From Camelus dromedarius (lineage: Eukaryota): a DNA stretch of 64,000 bases. Below are positions 1 to 14,387 of this stretch, piece after piece. Numbering within the stretch: the first letter of the stretch is position 1; each line of letters opens with the position of its first letter. The stretch is from positions 50,098,001-50,162,000 of the forward strand of contig NC_087436.1 in assembly GCF_036321535.1 (NCBI RefSeq), in the 5' to 3' direction. A program made the position numbers and the translations under genes. Under the pieces are notes generated by a model. That model ran no database searches, was not told the origin of the DNA, and saw only the letters and a list, made by a program, of their open reading frames with translations.

Positions 1-2859
1 ATTTTACAAATTTTACACTTCTGTACACATGCATGCAGTCACAGGGTTGACGAGGAATGTCTGAATAGCTTGGACCTACTCTAGTGTCAGCTGGACACAG
101 GCACAGCTTCAGCCAGTAACATGCTTCGCCCAATCACATCCACAATCTTAGGCTAGTAGAACCAAGCAGTTCGCTCTCAACTTGTTTGCTTGCCTTCAAG
201 AAGTCACTTCCACTAATAACGCTGATGGGTGTGGACATCACCCAACATTCCAGATAGAAAGGTTGTTGATCCTCACAGTTTTTCTAAGTCCTGATATAAA
301 CACCACACTGAGCTGGGGGAACGGCACAGACTTCTGCTGCTCTCCTTCAAAGTTCAGCAGTTGTTCAAGTACGAACACGTCTCCATTTCTATTCCTCTGG
401 CTAATTTTCAAAGCATTGAAATAATAGATTTTGGCAATTTTGTGACAATATATAGCTGCCTTTTGGAGAGAGGACTTCCCCATCTCCTCAGTCATAGCAA
501 GAAGTGTTGATTTTTTACATTTGTCTATATTTTGCAAAGAAATGAACAAAACCAAAAACCAATCCAAATATATCTTCATGGAGGAAGGTGAGTAGTTATA
601 AAGAAAAACAGAATTCTTTTTCTAGTGTAGAGCATTTTTGTTGTTGTCCCAACATGTCAACCATTTTTAAATGAATTTTAAATTCTAGATGCCCACCTTA
701 TAAAAACAGTGTGAATGTAAACTTTGTTGAAAATTCAATACGAAATGGAAAGGGAAAAATTGGTATATAAAAGGAATACTGTGAAAAATATGGAGAAGTT
801 GAAGATCAAAGCTAAAGATTAAAAGATTGAATCTAGGTAACTTATGTGTAAGAAAATGTGGAAGATGTTTACACGCATAAAAAATTGAATTTTATGCATT
901 AGAACACAAGTGTGTTATAAAGATCACTGAGACATTACAGGAAATGAGAACTAAAGGGGAAGGAAAGATGCAATGTGGAAATCATACTCAGTAAGCCACT
1001 AGCAATAGTAAGTACACATGTTTTGCAAAGCAACGACAGCATCCTTCCAAGAAAAAAATATTGTTAAAAGCACACACAATCACATTTGAATCTGTGCTAT
1101 AATGAAAGACTTTTAGAGAGAGTTGACAATCACTGGGAAAGGATAAAAAGAAAGGATTTAGGAATCAATGTTAAATCTAGTGCTATCTAAGAAGAATAAA
1201 TGGCATTGACCCCAAAGACTCTAAAAGAGCAGCAATGTTGAAACAAATACATATATAAAATGTTCAGAAGAGGATTTGAATTAATGAGAAACGAGAGGAG
1301 ACCTTTGCATTTACTGGGGTTTCTTGTAAGAACCTGCGATAAACTAACGTATGATTTTTTTTTTTAGTTTCTCAAAAAGAATAACTGTAAATATGCATAA
1401 AAATTGAAGAAATATTATAGCAAAATATTTGGAATCATACCTAGAAGTCTTGGAAATGACACATACCAAAGTGAAAGAAAGTTCATGTTTAATTATACTT
1501 GAATATGCATACAAGGAAATAAAACAATATGGCTTTAGGGTTTTTTCCTGCTATTATTGTTCTGTAATATACAGAGATGATTATAAAACTGAAGTCTTAT
1601 ATTGACATTTGACTCAACATAACACATATTTGTAAAGTATACTTTATATTATTTGAAATGTGCTAACTGTTCACTAAAGACAGTGGATATGAAAGATTGA
1701 AAGATTACAAATAATTATCGAGATACCTGAAAAAAAGTGCTAAGGCCTATAATTACATCAAGACTGATTGGTAGGTAACATCAGCTAAAGAACAATTTTC
1801 TAACGTTAACATGGATATTACACAAATATCTTAGAAACTCTTATATTAGCTAAACAAACAGTGGAAAGTGGGTTTCCTAAACTAGCCATATAATCATTAG
1901 CACTCTTATTACCTCTTGAAATGGCACAGGCTATTATGAAATGCTATTTCTCCAGTCCAAACTAAAAGACTATTCACTGGGTATGGAATTCCAGAAGAGC
2001 TGCTAAGTGATAATGGAGCCCAATTTACGTCACTGCAGCTCCAAAGCTTTCTTAGCTCAAATGGAGTGAAATACATTCATTTTGCACTACACAGGCTAGC
2101 CACTAATGGCCTCATCCAGCACTTTGGACAGTTGTTCACACAAGCACTTTTGCTTGAAAGTGAGGAGGCTGTACCACGCAACAGCAGCTGCCTGATGCTC
2201 AGGTGCCGTTCTGCTGCGTCGGAGGTGCTCACTTATTATGAGACGAACTCCCCACTCTGTTACTTCTGGTCAAAGACAAGCACTGCCGTTTTGATTTCAG
2301 AGAACCAGAAAGACCAATGAGATCTTTCCGAGCAAGGTGATTTGGAGGAGAAGGCATTAGAAAATGGGCCAAGAGGACACATTTTCTAGCTGCTCCTTTA
2401 ATATTTGTTGTTACCGGAGCCTAAGGAAAAATATGACTATGTTTCATGAAGATAAAAAGTGAAGGGATAAATGAAGCGATGCAAAAGAGAGAAGCAAACA
2501 AAGGAGAAAACATTTTCATAGTAATGGATACCCATTTTCTTAATCTGGCACTTTAAAATATCAGTATATTTTATGTGTAATTTAGATTTGAAATGTCTTA
2601 ACTTAGCAAGAGATGGTGGATGGGACTCCAAATGAGGTTAATGGAGTTTCCCTAGAGGGAGTAGAATATGTAAAAAAAAAAAATGAAAGTTTTATTTTCT
2701 TCCATTTTTATATTTTTATGCATTTCTTTTGTTTTCTAAGTAAAATGTACATACTAAATTAATGTAATAGCACCTGCATGTAACTTATAAACAAATATGC
2801 ATCTATTGGGAGTAAATACTGAATTAGATTTTTACTCATAAAGACATAAAAAACTGGAG

Positions 2860-3095
2860 ATTATCAATCTGGTGGAATGATCTACAAGGTCATAATCAGA
2901 AGACCTAAGTTCTAATACTATCATGGTCTTGATTTATTCAGTAATCTTGGCCCCATTATTGAATTTTTTTGTGCCCCAAATGCTTTATCTCCAAAGCAAG
3001 GATAATAAATATCTTCTTTGCATGCTTTCTTACGTTGCTATTATTGTAAGAGAATAATGATATAAATCATGAAAAGCATTTTTAAAACTTATAAG
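2860..3095 (+). mobile_element. MIR SINE, decayed
   Basis: MIR core-like text (tcagaagacctaagttcta...cttggcc...tttatctccaaagcaaggataata...tgaaaagcattttt). Boundaries approximate. Confidence 0.6.
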
Positions 3096-4681
3096 AAATA
3101 TAAAATATATATACATTAATTTTGAATTGATTTTCTACTGGTAAAACATTGCATTCTCTGTTTGTATGGAAGTTAATCATTTATTCATTTTATTTCTTTT
3201 AAAAGAATTATAAATCTTCCAATCAGCTACAGAAGATATAACATTAGCTGAGGTATATGGACACATCATTCTGGATAGAAGAGGACTGCAAAAAAATCAA
3301 ATAAGACAAATAGGAGATTTGTTCTAACATATAAGGGAAGCTAGTTACTCAAGGTTACCAGACAGAAGAATCTAGTCGCACAATGAAGCTCAAAAAAAGC
3401 AGATTGACAAGGAAAATGGTGAAAAGAAGGATTTGTTTCAGAAAAATGGTTGATCTACATGGTCTTTGATCAAGTGGATAGCGTGCTCTGGTAGTCAGGA
3501 TAGGATAAAGCAGGCCCTTCCAGACCTTATGGCTCTTAGCAGACTAATGAGTAGGAATGAGGTTTGAACATGGATGTCTCAGCAGAACTTTGAATGTATA
3601 AGAAAATAAACTTCACGTAAACCTTACAAGAAGGAACAGTCCACTTCTACTTTATGTTTTCTTTTGTACTTTGATTTAAAATGTTAATTAATCATGTGAT
3701 TGATAAAATGATAAACATCTTTATCCTCTTGGAAATAACATTTTGATTATACAACACTTGTATGGTCATTTTTGGACTGTAAGCAGTTGTCTGATTCTAA
3801 ATCACCTAACGTAGAGAGGTTTTTCAATGATCAAGAGAGACATAACCTAAGTTATAACCTAAACCAAGTAACTAACAAGCCCTGATAGAATGTGTCCCCA
3901 CCACTGACAATGAAAACTCTGTGATTATCATAATCCTTAATAAATAGAAGCCATGGCTCTTTGGATTTTGAAACTAATTTTTTAAATATGAAAACAATAT
4001 TCACATGGTCAATGACTTTCAGATCATTGAGGTTTTGTTGAGCATCCACCATGTTTAAGGCAATGTCTTCAGGCAGGAGTGTACAAAAAGGAACAGGACT
4101 TGTATGAGGAACTTCTGTTCTAAAATGAGCCTAGCATCATTTGGAATTTTCCTTCTTTTTCTCTGCTTTACAATAGTTTATATGGCTTCAATATTGTTTT
4201 TTTCCTTAAAAATTTTAAAGAACTAACTCAAAAACTATGTGGTCTTGGACATATATTTGATGATGAATATCTATTTCTCTATTTCTACCATCGGACATAT
4301 AGTTGGTGATAATTATCCAGTATTTAGCCATTAAAGTAATTTCACATTTCCAATATTATAAAAAATGAAGTTGCTACAATTGATTGAAAACAAATTAGAA
4401 ATAAAAAAAAACATAAATCCACAAAATGAAATTAGAAAGTTTCCAAAATATAAAGAGAGATCTTTATAAGAGGCATGCAGTGTGGCTGCAAACTCTCCAG
4501 TGACCATGCTCCATCCGGGTTTGGAATCAAGAAAACATTGCAGTCATTTCTCTAGCAAGAGCAGCTATTAGTTATATAAAGCAGAGCCTATATAAAATCT
4601 TATGAGGGATTTAAAATTTTTTAAATAGAGGCACCTATGTCTATCTGATTCATATTTCTGTACCTTCAATCTGTGAATATT

Positions 4682-5150
4682 GTTGTTTCAGAGATTGCCA
4701 ATTGCCTTGGCCAATATCCATTCCCTTTTCCATCTATATAAATATGCATCATGATCAAATATGTGGGCCACCCAGCTAACTATGACATTTTCAGTCTCCA
4801 TTCTTGCCAGATAGGGTCACATGACAGATTCTGGTCAATGGTATATGAGCAGAATTGAAATGTGCAACCTCTGAATCATGCCTTAAAATAAAGTGCTTCT
4901 TTCACCACTCTTATGGGCTATAAGGTGGGCACTGTGACTAATTTCAACCAGGCTGATGAGGTAATAGCCTAGGGATGTCAGAGCCAAAGAAATGGAAAAG
5001 CTTTGTGTCTCTGACACCTGTGAGTATCTTGCCAAGCCTAAATCATCTGCCTAGAGAGTTTCATCACAGAGAAATCCATGTTTACCTTGTTTAAGCCGCT
5101 GTGCTTTAGGATATCTTGTCACCATGGCACAGCCTATATCCTATTATAAT
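4682..5150 (+). mobile_element. MaLR LTR (MLT1H/I/J-like)
   Basis: MLT1 motifs: ggtcacatgacagattctggtcaatgg, and the 3' part accttgtttaagccgctgtgctttagg...gcacagcctatatccta. Confidence 0.75.
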
Positions 5151-5963
5151 TCTGGAAGACAAATAAGAACTCCTCAGTTTTAATAAGATGGAGAATGTGA
5201 TCTCTTACAAAGTTACTAAGACATCCGGGCATGTTTTCCATAGCAGCCAATTAAGGGTCAATAGCATTTTAGAATTAGGAATACCAACAATTGGTTCCAG
5301 GCAACATTTCTGCTGACTTAGGTATATGCTAACTGCAATTATTATTTAGTACAACAGAACAGAAATTACATGGTGACAATAATGTTTATTTTATGCTTGT
5401 CCAGAAATGTTTGCCATCTATGGATTACATTAGACAGTACTATTTAAAATTTTGTTAATTTGAAGAAAATCACAGGCATTCCTCCACCCATCCCCTTCTA
5501 GATCCCCCTCAACAGCTTGCTGGGAGTATTTTTTACCATGTATCTAAATTTTAGAAAAGAAAAACTTTTGACAGCACAGGTGTTATAGACTTGATTAACA
5601 GTGTATTGCAAAGGCCTTCTCAGGAGGCACAAGCTTCTTAGTGGAAAAGCATTTTCTAACCATTGTTGCTCTACATCAGACGTGGACAGATCTTTGGGAT
5701 GGAACACTGCAAAGCGGTTTATTATTATAAAGTAAGCCACAGCATAAGTATGGGAGGTAGCGTTAATGTACTTTCTTTGCTTCTGCTTTGACTTCTCGAT
5801 TTCTTATAATGGTGTGATCTACAATTCTTTGCAACACTCTCTTTCACTTTCAGTGTATCATCCCAGTAAATTTTGTTAAATCTTAGCCACTACTGAATGA
5901 GATTTCATACCCTCAAAACAGCCACTGCTCTCCTTCTGATAATCTTCATTTAAAAAGTCTTCT

Positions 5964-6572
5964 TAGGAACCCTACTTCAAAAAGACACCTACAGCCCAGT
6001 GTTCATAGCAGCACCATTTACAATAGCCAAGACATGGAAACAGCTTAAGTGTCCACAGACAGATGACTGGATAAAGAAGATATGGTATATTTATACAATG
6101 GAATACTATTCAGCCATAAAAAAACAACAACATAATGCCATTTGCAGCAACATGGATGTCACTGGAGAATGTCATTCTAAGAGAAGTAAGCCAGAAAAAG
6201 AAAGAAAAATAACATATGAGATCGCTCATATGTGGAATCTAAAAAAAAAAGAACATAAATACAAAACAGAAACAGACTCATAGACATAGAATACAAACTT
6301 GTGGTTGCCAAGGGGGAGGGGAGTGGGAAGGGACAGACTGAGAGTCGAAATTTGTAGACACTGACAGGCATATGTAGAATAGATAAACAAGATTATACTG
6401 TATAGCACAGGGAAATATATACAAGATTTTGTGGTAGCTCACAGAGAAAAAGAATGTGACAATGAACATATGTATGTTCATGTATAACTGAAAAATTATG
6501 CTCTACACTGGAAATTGACACAACATTGTAAACTGACTATAACTCAATAAAAAAATGTTAAAACAAACAAAC
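5964..6572 (+). mobile_element. 5'-truncated young LINE-1 (ORF2 C-terminus, 3'UTR, A tail)
   Basis: ORF 5999-6283 (MFIAAPFTIAKTWKQLKCPQTDDWIKKIWYIYTMEYYSAIK) is the L1 ORF2 C-terminus. AATAAA and A-rich tail at 6546-6572. TSD aaaagtcttct at 5953-5963 and 6573-6583, at a TT/AAAA endonuclease site. Confidence 0.95.
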
Positions 6573-9500
6573 AAAAGTCTTCTCTTCTAGGTTTTCTTTA
6601 TTTAAATTGTAACTGTCTTTCCTTTGAAGCTCTTCACTTGCAGGATGATTTCAGCTTCTTTCAGGAAAAAATAACAACAACAGCAACAATAATAATAATA
6701 AATAATAAAAATTATCTAGCGAAAGAGGTTCTATGGTTTTATAAAATAGCTTAGCATTTCTGTGGCTTCTGAGAACAGTCTTCCAGTCTCTTGATACTAA
6801 AATCCCTCTAAGATCCACATTTACTTTCCTTTCACAGCCTCCACTGGTACGTGGGATGCTGCATAATACTGGAATTTGAGGCAGGATTTCTGATGGGTTA
6901 GACTGAAGTGTGACAGGGACAGCTATAGTATCTGGGAATACTTGCGACAGGCTTCAGGCTCTGAAGAAAATACTGTGAGCTTATCACAAGGGAGCTGCCC
7001 CCTAGTGGATTCCATCAGAGAATTTCTGGTTATACCTATTATTTCAAAAGCAGACCTCCTCCTCCACTCCCTTCTCTTAGTCAGATTTGAATTCTTGCGT
7101 GTTCTGGAGCTGATAATATTCATGGTAATCTATAGTACTGGGTCTGGTCCAGACACCTAGGAATTAATTTAGAGGTCCCTGCCCAAAAAGGAAAGAGGTT
7201 TTGTCTAGAAAAAAATTTCCTTCAGTCAGGCGGAAAAAACACAGGGAAAACTAACACAATCTACTAAAGCTACCCCTGCCTAGACTTAGGTGTGTCTCAG
7301 ACAAGCAAGCATGTGGTCTCATAAAAGGTTTCCAGGTTTCCGAGTGGAAGTGCTGTGAATCATCTCATACATAAGCGAGCCAGCTAATTCCCCGTGGCTC
7401 AAGACATCCTCTCATTGATTTATCATGATTCTGCGGCAGGGCCCACTAAATTGCTGAGGGTGTACAGTGAACTCGGAGAGCTTAAAGAAATCTGCCTCAT
7501 GGACAAATCACATTTTTTTAATAAAAATATTTTTCATGCTCAAAATTTTACCTTTTTCTTCCCATCTGATATTAAAAATGTGTGCCTGAGAGTTCCAAAT
7601 ATCCTTTGAATCATTTATTATGCACTTTCATTTTCATAAGCATCAATATTTAGAGAAATTAGTAATCTCCAGGGTGATTTCTTTGAAAACAGTGCTTTAC
7701 CCCTTCATTCATTACTTCTTCTTTCTACCCACCACCCAACCCCCCCAACATTCCTCTTTCCTCACTTCAATTTTTTCCCTTTAGAGAGCTAGCCAGATCG
7801 CCCTCTAATTCTGTGCTAAAGCTCCTTGCTTTTGCCTGACCTGGCCTGGTTTTCTGCATGACCATGAAAGTGAATAGCCCTGCTATTCTAAGGCTGTGAC
7901 TGAATATCATAGCATGTAATTCTCATACACCAAACCTGATCCCCAAATCCATAGCACATACACCATTTGAAACAAATCTGCCAAATTAGTTTTGCTACTG
8001 TCATATGCTTTTATATATTTAGGTCCTGGGAAACCTTGCAATTAACTTAAGGAAATAGTATAAACCACCAAAGCCACATCAAAATTTGCAAGTTGGATAG
8101 AGCATCTCAAAAATCTGATTTAATGAAATGAAAGCATGGACTAATAGAAAGAAGGTTTGCCAATGAAAAAACAATGCTTTTTTAATTCATGAATGAATAA
8201 CACTGTAACTTTTTAAAAATATTAACATTTTAACAGTTCTCTTAATGTCTCAGTTATTATTAATAAGTATAAAAATCATATTTATTATTTAGTAAGTATA
8301 AAATAATTTAAGTGTAAAAAATCAAAATCTTTTTTATTCTTCTAAGTGGTGTATTTTATTAGTTTGAAAGACTATTAACTAGGTAATGAATATGCAAATT
8401 TCAACTTCTATAGCATCTTTCAGCCTAAGATCTAATAGTTGTGGCTGCTTAATTTTTTTCTACTTAGCATTCAGCTTTGAATGACATCTATGTGGATTTG
8501 AAAGCATTATTTTTGCCTTTACAAAACCCTAGAATCCTCCCTTGCAATCACAGGATGGCTGCACTCTCTAAATAATTCCCTGTTTTCTAAAGGAGATATT
8601 GCTTCAGGCTGTAGGATCTTCACATTGAACAAGGCACAAAGAGAAACGGACCCTATGTCGAGGCCGTTCTATTCAATCATTCATTTTCAAGAAGGACAGA
8701 GAAGACAGGCAGAGAGGGAGTAAAAACATAAGCAAGCAAAGTACATTTGCTTCATTTTCTGTTTAGGAACGTACACACGGGATTACTTTCTTACAGCACA
8801 CCTTTATCTGTGGCCTAACATTTTAAAAGCTCAATAATAAAAGAATTAGACAAATTGTGAAGCTTTTATTTTGTCAATATGTCACAATTAACCTAGCCTC
8901 CAGAAATATAAGCATAAATAAGCTAAAGGAAAAAGATCATTTTTTAACTTTCGGTACAATTATGTGAGCAAGATTTTTGTTGTGCATTTATACACTAAAA
9001 TAAGATATCGAAACTCTTCATAATATTTAAAAAGAATGTACTATTTTTAAGAAAGTAGCCCCAAAGACTTCCATTAAAGTCTCTTAATTGAATAGAGCAT
9101 ACCAAAATTATTGTTGAAAGGAAGTTGTAGCATTATTGCAAAGTGTGGAAAGTCAAAGACTATTCATTTTAATCATTCAAACATTGATATATATCAAAGC
9201 TATCCTACCTATTAATATAATAAATATTAAATACATCAAATAAATATTAAGTATATTATTTCTATCAATATCTATCAGTTGTATAGTATTAACTGTCTAT
9301 ATTAGAATTCAATTAATCCTGCCTTTAGTGTCTTCTGAGTGGGGAAACCAAAAACCCCTCAAAATAAAAAAGTGTTTTTCCCAGACTTCAGATATTTGAG
9401 CTACCAAATTGACACCACTCTGTATACATGATTAACATATTAAGTGCTAGAAATTACAATTATGTGATTGATCAAAATATAGTTTTCATTCAATATAACT

Positions 9501-9733
9501 CAATTTAATTGAAAAACAAAATAAGATCCAGTCTCCAATGTTAATTATAATTCAAAAAATCCCTCCCATTAGAAGATTTCTAGATTATACAGAATAGTGA
9601 GGTCAGTATACAGTTTGTAGAGGTGTCTAACCTTTATCATAAAGCTTACTAATAAGAAATACAGTGGACATACTGATTCGAGAGCAGGTCTGTATGGAGA
9701 CCAGAAATGTGAGAATACAAAATGCTACATGTG

Positions 9734-10081
9734 AAGTCAGCTCCCTGTGTGGGCTGGGTTCAGCATCCACAGATTCAACCAACCACAAATTGAAAATACT
9801 CAAAAAACTTTCCAGGGAGTTCCAAAAAGCAAAATTTGGATTTGTCCTGGGCTGAAAAATAGTCATAAAGCACTTACATTGTATTTACAACTATTTACAT
9901 AGCACTTACATTGTATTAGGTATAATAAATAATCTAGAAATGATTTAAATCATATGGGAGGATGTGTGTATATTACATGCAAATACTATGTCATTTTATA
10001 TAAGGGACTTGAGCATCTGGGGATCTTAGTATCCAGAGGGGGTCTTGGAATCAATCCTCCACAGGTACCAAGAGACTACTG
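9734..10081. mobile_element. Tigger3-family non-autonomous DNA transposon (TcMar-Tigger)
   Basis: Resembles the Tigger3a/MER7 consensus: gcatccacagattcaaccaacc, ccaaaaagcaaaatttg, tgcaaatactatgtcattttatataagggacttgagcatc. Right end gactactg is followed by TA. Confidence 0.85.
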
Positions 10082-10730
10082 TATTTCCTCAAAGTGAGAG
10101 CTCAGATAAAAATCACTATTTAAAATCAAATTTTGAAATTATATTTTAAAAACCAAGACTCCCTAATATATTGAAACTATGATTTAACTTTTGAAAGATA
10201 GATTACACATCATTCTTAAGGACTGTGTCCATGAATTCTATTCTAGTATGTTAAAGAAATGCTCACCAAATTTCTATGATATTGCTCTTAGTTAGAATTG
10301 TATTCATAAATGGGCTTCTAGTAGATATGGAAGGGGTATTGAAATTCATTTCAGCACATTAGCAACACGAAGTGACAATAGGAAATTATTATTAAATGGC
10401 AACTAAAGTAATATTGGATGCCCTACTCATTTAGAGTGGTGTTTTCATTACAAGGAAAAGAAAGAAGCTGAGGATGGCATGACTGTCAGATTAACCCATG
10501 CTCAGATAAGGAATAAAAGGAAGAAGAAAGGAAGGATAGAAGGTTCCTCCTTGAAAAACTAGTTCTGGAGCAGAGTGGGATTCCCAGGGTCCTAGATGTC
10601 TCACTGTTCAGCAACAATAGTAATTCATCTAATTCCTCCAGGAAGAAGAGAGCAGGTAAGACTGTCTTCCTTATTTGCTCCACCTTTGTCACAGTAACAC
10701 ACATTTACATTGGTGATTTGCTTTAAATAT

Positions 10731-11312
10731 TTTTTTTAATTGAAGTACAGTCAATTACAATGTGTCAGTTTCTGGTGTGCAGCACAATGTTCCAGTCATG
10801 CATATACGTACATATATTCATTTTCATATTCTTTTTCATTAAAGGTTATTACAAGATATTGAACATAGTTCCCTGCGCTATACAGCAGAAACTTTTTAAA
10901 ATCTATTTTTATACATAGTGGCTAACATTTGTAAATCTCAAACTCCCAAATTTATCCCTTCCCACCCGCTTTCCAGGTAACCATAAGATTGTTTACTATG
11001 TCTGCAAGTCTGTTTCTGTTTTGTAGATGAGTTCATAGTGTCCTTGTTTTCCTTTTTTTTTTAGATTCCACATATGAGTGATATCATATGGTATTTTTCT
11101 TTCTTCTTCTGGCTTATTCCACTTAGAATGATGATCTCTAGGTCCATCCATGTTGCTGCAAAAGGCATTATTTTATTTTTTATAGCTGAGTAGTATTCCA
11201 TTGTATAAATATACCACATCTTTATCGAGTCATCTGTCGATGGACATTTAGGTTGCTTCCATGTCTTGGCTGTTGTATACAGTGCTGCTATGAACATTGG
11301 GGTGCATGTGTC
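10731..11312 (-). mobile_element. 5'-truncated young LINE-1 (second 3'UTR type)
   Basis: ORF 11061-11297 (MFIAALYTTAKTWKQPKCPSTDD...MEYYSAIKNKIMPFAATWMDLE) is the L1 ORF2 end. Poly-T at 10731. TSD taaatat(t/g)tttt starting at 10724 and 11313. Confidence 0.95.
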
Positions 11313-11559
11313 TAAATATGTTTTAATTTTAAGACTTTACTGCTCACTTTACTCTTCTACCCTACATCCTGAAAGGCATGTGGAAAGCAACATTTTAAAA
11401 TAAGGATACCTAGGCTGATGTTGCTTCAGATCAAAATTGAATGAAAGGGATCAAATTCACCTTTCCATCTGAAACAGATAAACTCCATACAAAATAAGTA
11501 AACAACAGTTAGCAAGAGAGTGAACATCAGAAAATGAAGGAGGATGATCCTTGAGCAAT

Positions 11560-12425
11560 TAGAAGCAAATGAAGTGAGATCTACAAATGTCTCAGCCCCA
11601 TGACTTGGAGAGTCTCCAGGCCATGACACAAGAAGGATGAGATGGGGTGGAGCCCAGAGCAGACCACGCTGAGGAGATGGACCTGCAAGTCTAAGTAGAT
11701 CAAAGTGCCTGGATTTTCAGGACAGATGCTGGAGAGGAGAGAGCTACACAAGAGAGAAATCCAGACTTCTGCAGACGGACCCCTTGAGTAGTCAGCAATG
11801 CACTGATCAGTATGTACATTTGAGGAAATATCTGAGGTGAGGGAAAGAATCACTGGAAAGGATTAGAGGCAATTGTGCCCAGTTCACACCTGGGAGAATA
11901 GTGCCCGTTGCCACGAGCCAGATTGGAAAATCTCAAGCTATACAGAGCATGGAGTAGAGTGCAGAGAGGGTCTTGCCTTAGAAATGGGGAATAATCAGGC
12001 CTAGTCTGAGCCCTGCTCCACTCTCACCTAACAAATCTTAAAAGCAAGACTCAAAAAAGGATCAAAACATTTCTAAGGAATTTGAATACATCCCAGAACA
12101 AAGGTCAAGAATCCTTATAAAAATACATCCAGAACACTACAAGGTAAAACTTGAAATGCCTAGTATCCAATTAAAGATTACCAGGCACACAAAGAAGCAG
12201 GAAAATATGAGCGATGAGAAGGAGACAAACCAATTACTTGAAACTGACCCAGAACTGACAGACATGAGACTTATAGGCTAAGGACATAAAAAAGTAATGG
12301 CTCTATCCTTTATTTTCAAAATTGAAGCAGAGACACTGATGATATATGGAAAAACAAAAAACACTAATTGAAATTTTAGAGATGAAAACTACAAGATCTG
12401 AGCTTAAAAATACACTGAATGTGAT
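11560..12425 (+). mobile_element. Old L1M 5'UTR/ORF1-start fragment
   Basis: L1M 5'-end motifs: ccaattaaagattaccaggcacacaaagaagcaggaaaatatga, gaaactgacccagaactgacagacatg, gaaattttagagatgaaaactaca. Confidence 0.65.
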
Positions 12426-12439
12426 GCCAGATTTTTGAA

Positions 12440-12635
12440 GACTTAAGTTTCCCTGCTCTAATATTCACTAGCTATAATAACTTTTTTTAACCTAGTTTAC
12501 TACTCTGTAAAACAAAACTAATAAAACCTGGTTAAAGTATCATTGCAAACATAAAAATGAGAGATAATAAAATGTTATGGTAAAACACTTAGCATGATGC
12601 CTGGCACACTGTAAACATGCGATAAATATTTATTA
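12440..12635 (+). mobile_element. MIR SINE
   Basis: gtaaaacacttagcatgatgcctggcacactgtaaacatgcgataaatattt is a MIR 3' end. Confidence 0.7.
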
Positions 12636-12842
12636 TGTTACTCCCCTGCTCAGATTCATTTCTAGTTCCCTAATGCTTGAGGAGTTAAGTCCAAACTTTC
12701 TAGATTGATATTCAAGATCCTGTACAATCCGGCTTCAGTCTTTGTCCAGCCTGATTTCTATGTTAGTTTATGCAGTTATGTTTTACTCAAGCTAAAATTC
12801 ACCATTCTCTTTATATATCCCATAATTCTTCACCTCATTGCC

Positions 12843-13229
12843 TGTTATGGGCTCAATTGTTTTCCCCAAAAAATGTACGTTGAAGTCCTAACTCCATTAC
12901 CTAAAACTGTGACCATATTTAGAGATAAGGTAATGACAGAGATCATTCAGTTAAAATGAGGTCATTAGGGTGAACCCTAATCCAATACAACTGGGATCTT
13001 AGAAAGAAGAGAAAATTCAGACACTGACACATCCAGGGGGAGGACAACCACATAAGTCAAGGAGAGAGCCCCAAAACAAATCCTTTCTTCATGGCCCTCT
13101 GAAGGAACCCACCCTGTCAACATTGTTATCTCAGAATTCTAGCCTTCAGAACCTTTAGAAAATAAATTGGTATTGTTTAAGCTCCTTAATCTGTGGTACT
13201 TGTTACAGAAGCCCCAGCAAACTAATACG
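12843..13229 (+). mobile_element. MaLR solo LTR (MLT1B-like), inserted in an L2 fragment
   Basis: Starts tgttatgggctcaattgt; contains gttaaaatgaggtcattagggtgaaccctaatccaat; ends gcaaactaatac(g). 5-bp TSD ttgcc (12838-12842) / ctgcc (13230-13234). Confidence 0.88.
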
Positions 13230-14227
13230 CTGCCTTATTCATTCACACTTTCCACTCTGCCCTTGTGCACGTATCCACACTATGAACTTTATTCAGATTT
13301 AGATGGTTTGTCAATTTCTCCATCAGCATGTATTTATTTCTTCTACTAAAATGTCATCCTTTTCTCCTCAGGAATCCTGTAGTATAATCTATATTCTGAT
13401 GGCTCTTACCTTTTCCACATTTTGAATTATTAGTTATATGCCCTATGGCTCCAACTGGACTGATATTTCCTATAGAGTGGAATCTATTTCTGATTCCTTC
13501 TTATTTCCCCCTAGAATCTAGCAGCTCTAGTATGTGGTATGATCTCCGTTAAGATATTCTTGATGAGTTAAAGCACAAGTCATATGTCAAAGGACAACTC
13601 ATATAGGTATGTACCTGGAAGAGTGTATACTGGATAATTTTAAATTGTCTCCCTTACCAGAGAGTAAGCCCCATGAACACAGGAGATTTTATCTGTCTAA
13701 TGAAAGTGTTCATTCAGCTTTCTAAAAAGCCTATACATACAGTAATGGGCTAGTTTCTTACATGCATTAGGCAAAATAATACTTTTTTTAACAACTTCAA
13801 AAGGAAAAATAATTTTGTGATTTTTGATGCTAATTGTACTTCTTTTTTCAGAACTAGTAACTCTAGGTATAATTTGTCTGCTTTCAGGCAATAATCCTGC
13901 CAGTGCAGTGAAAGCGCTCATTTTGAAGCCTCCTCTGATGTACGATACTCTCTTTTCTCAAAGCTTCTGTATTTTGGTCCATCACCTCAAACATCACCAC
14001 CACTTCCATGCTGACCCAGAGCCATGCCCTACCTTCTGTTTTCCTTCACCCCTAGAGCTAACTTATGTGTATTTCTTCTTCCCCAAATCAACAGAGAATG
14101 GTAATGGTAGTAATTCTTAATTACTTAATCAAAAATGGGGAGGACAGGGAGAAAGAAGTTTTTCAAGATTTACCTTTAATTGCCCACTCTATAAAAACTT
14201 TCTTCACTTGACACATGTAGAATTCTT

Positions 14228-14387
14228 TTTTATAAATTTTTTTACTTTAAAAAAATTTATTTATTTATCATTTATTGAGGGGGTAATTAGGCTTATTTAC
14301 TTATTTACTTTAACGGTACTGGGGACTGAACCCAGGACCTCACGCATGCTAAGCAGGCACTCTACCATTGAGCTATACCCTCCCTCC
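14228..14387 (-). mobile_element. tRNA-derived camelid SINE (vic-1 type)
   Basis: Minus-strand head gggagggtatagctcaatggtagagtgcctgcttagcatgcgtgaggtcctgggttcagtccccag (A and B boxes), then an AT-rich tail. Perfect 19-bp TSD tgacacatgtagaattctt at 14209-14227 and 14388-14406. Confidence 0.93.

Noticed and set aside
238..579. 113-aa minus-strand ORF ending KTVRINNLSIWNVG, superficially like ARF VETVEYKNISFTVWDVG
   Set aside because: No P-loop upstream, a stop immediately after, and no convincing splice sites. The region has some CpGs and deserves a BLASTX, but I cannot support a call.
540..588. Plus-strand AAG|GTGAGT donor with a short upstream open frame
   Set aside because: Weak AAG acceptor and isolated; consensus donors occur by chance in 64 kb.
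1722..1742. Minus-strand gcactttttttcag|gtatct as a recursive splice site or terminal-exon acceptor
   Set aside because: The regenerated donor is weak and nothing independently supports it.
5999..6283. 94-aa ORF (also 11061-11297)
   Set aside because: L1 ORF2 C-terminal remnants, not host genes.
6860..7490. Possible old DNA-transposon or LTR fragment
   Set aside because: Repeat-like composition, but I cannot assign a family or termini.
9868..9920. Direct repeat gcacttacattgtatt
   Set aside because: As I recall, an internal feature of Tigger3-family consensus sequences.
14310..14387. tRNA-like A/B boxes (also 23447-23521)
   Set aside because: SINE heads with AT-rich tails and TSDs, not tRNA genes.
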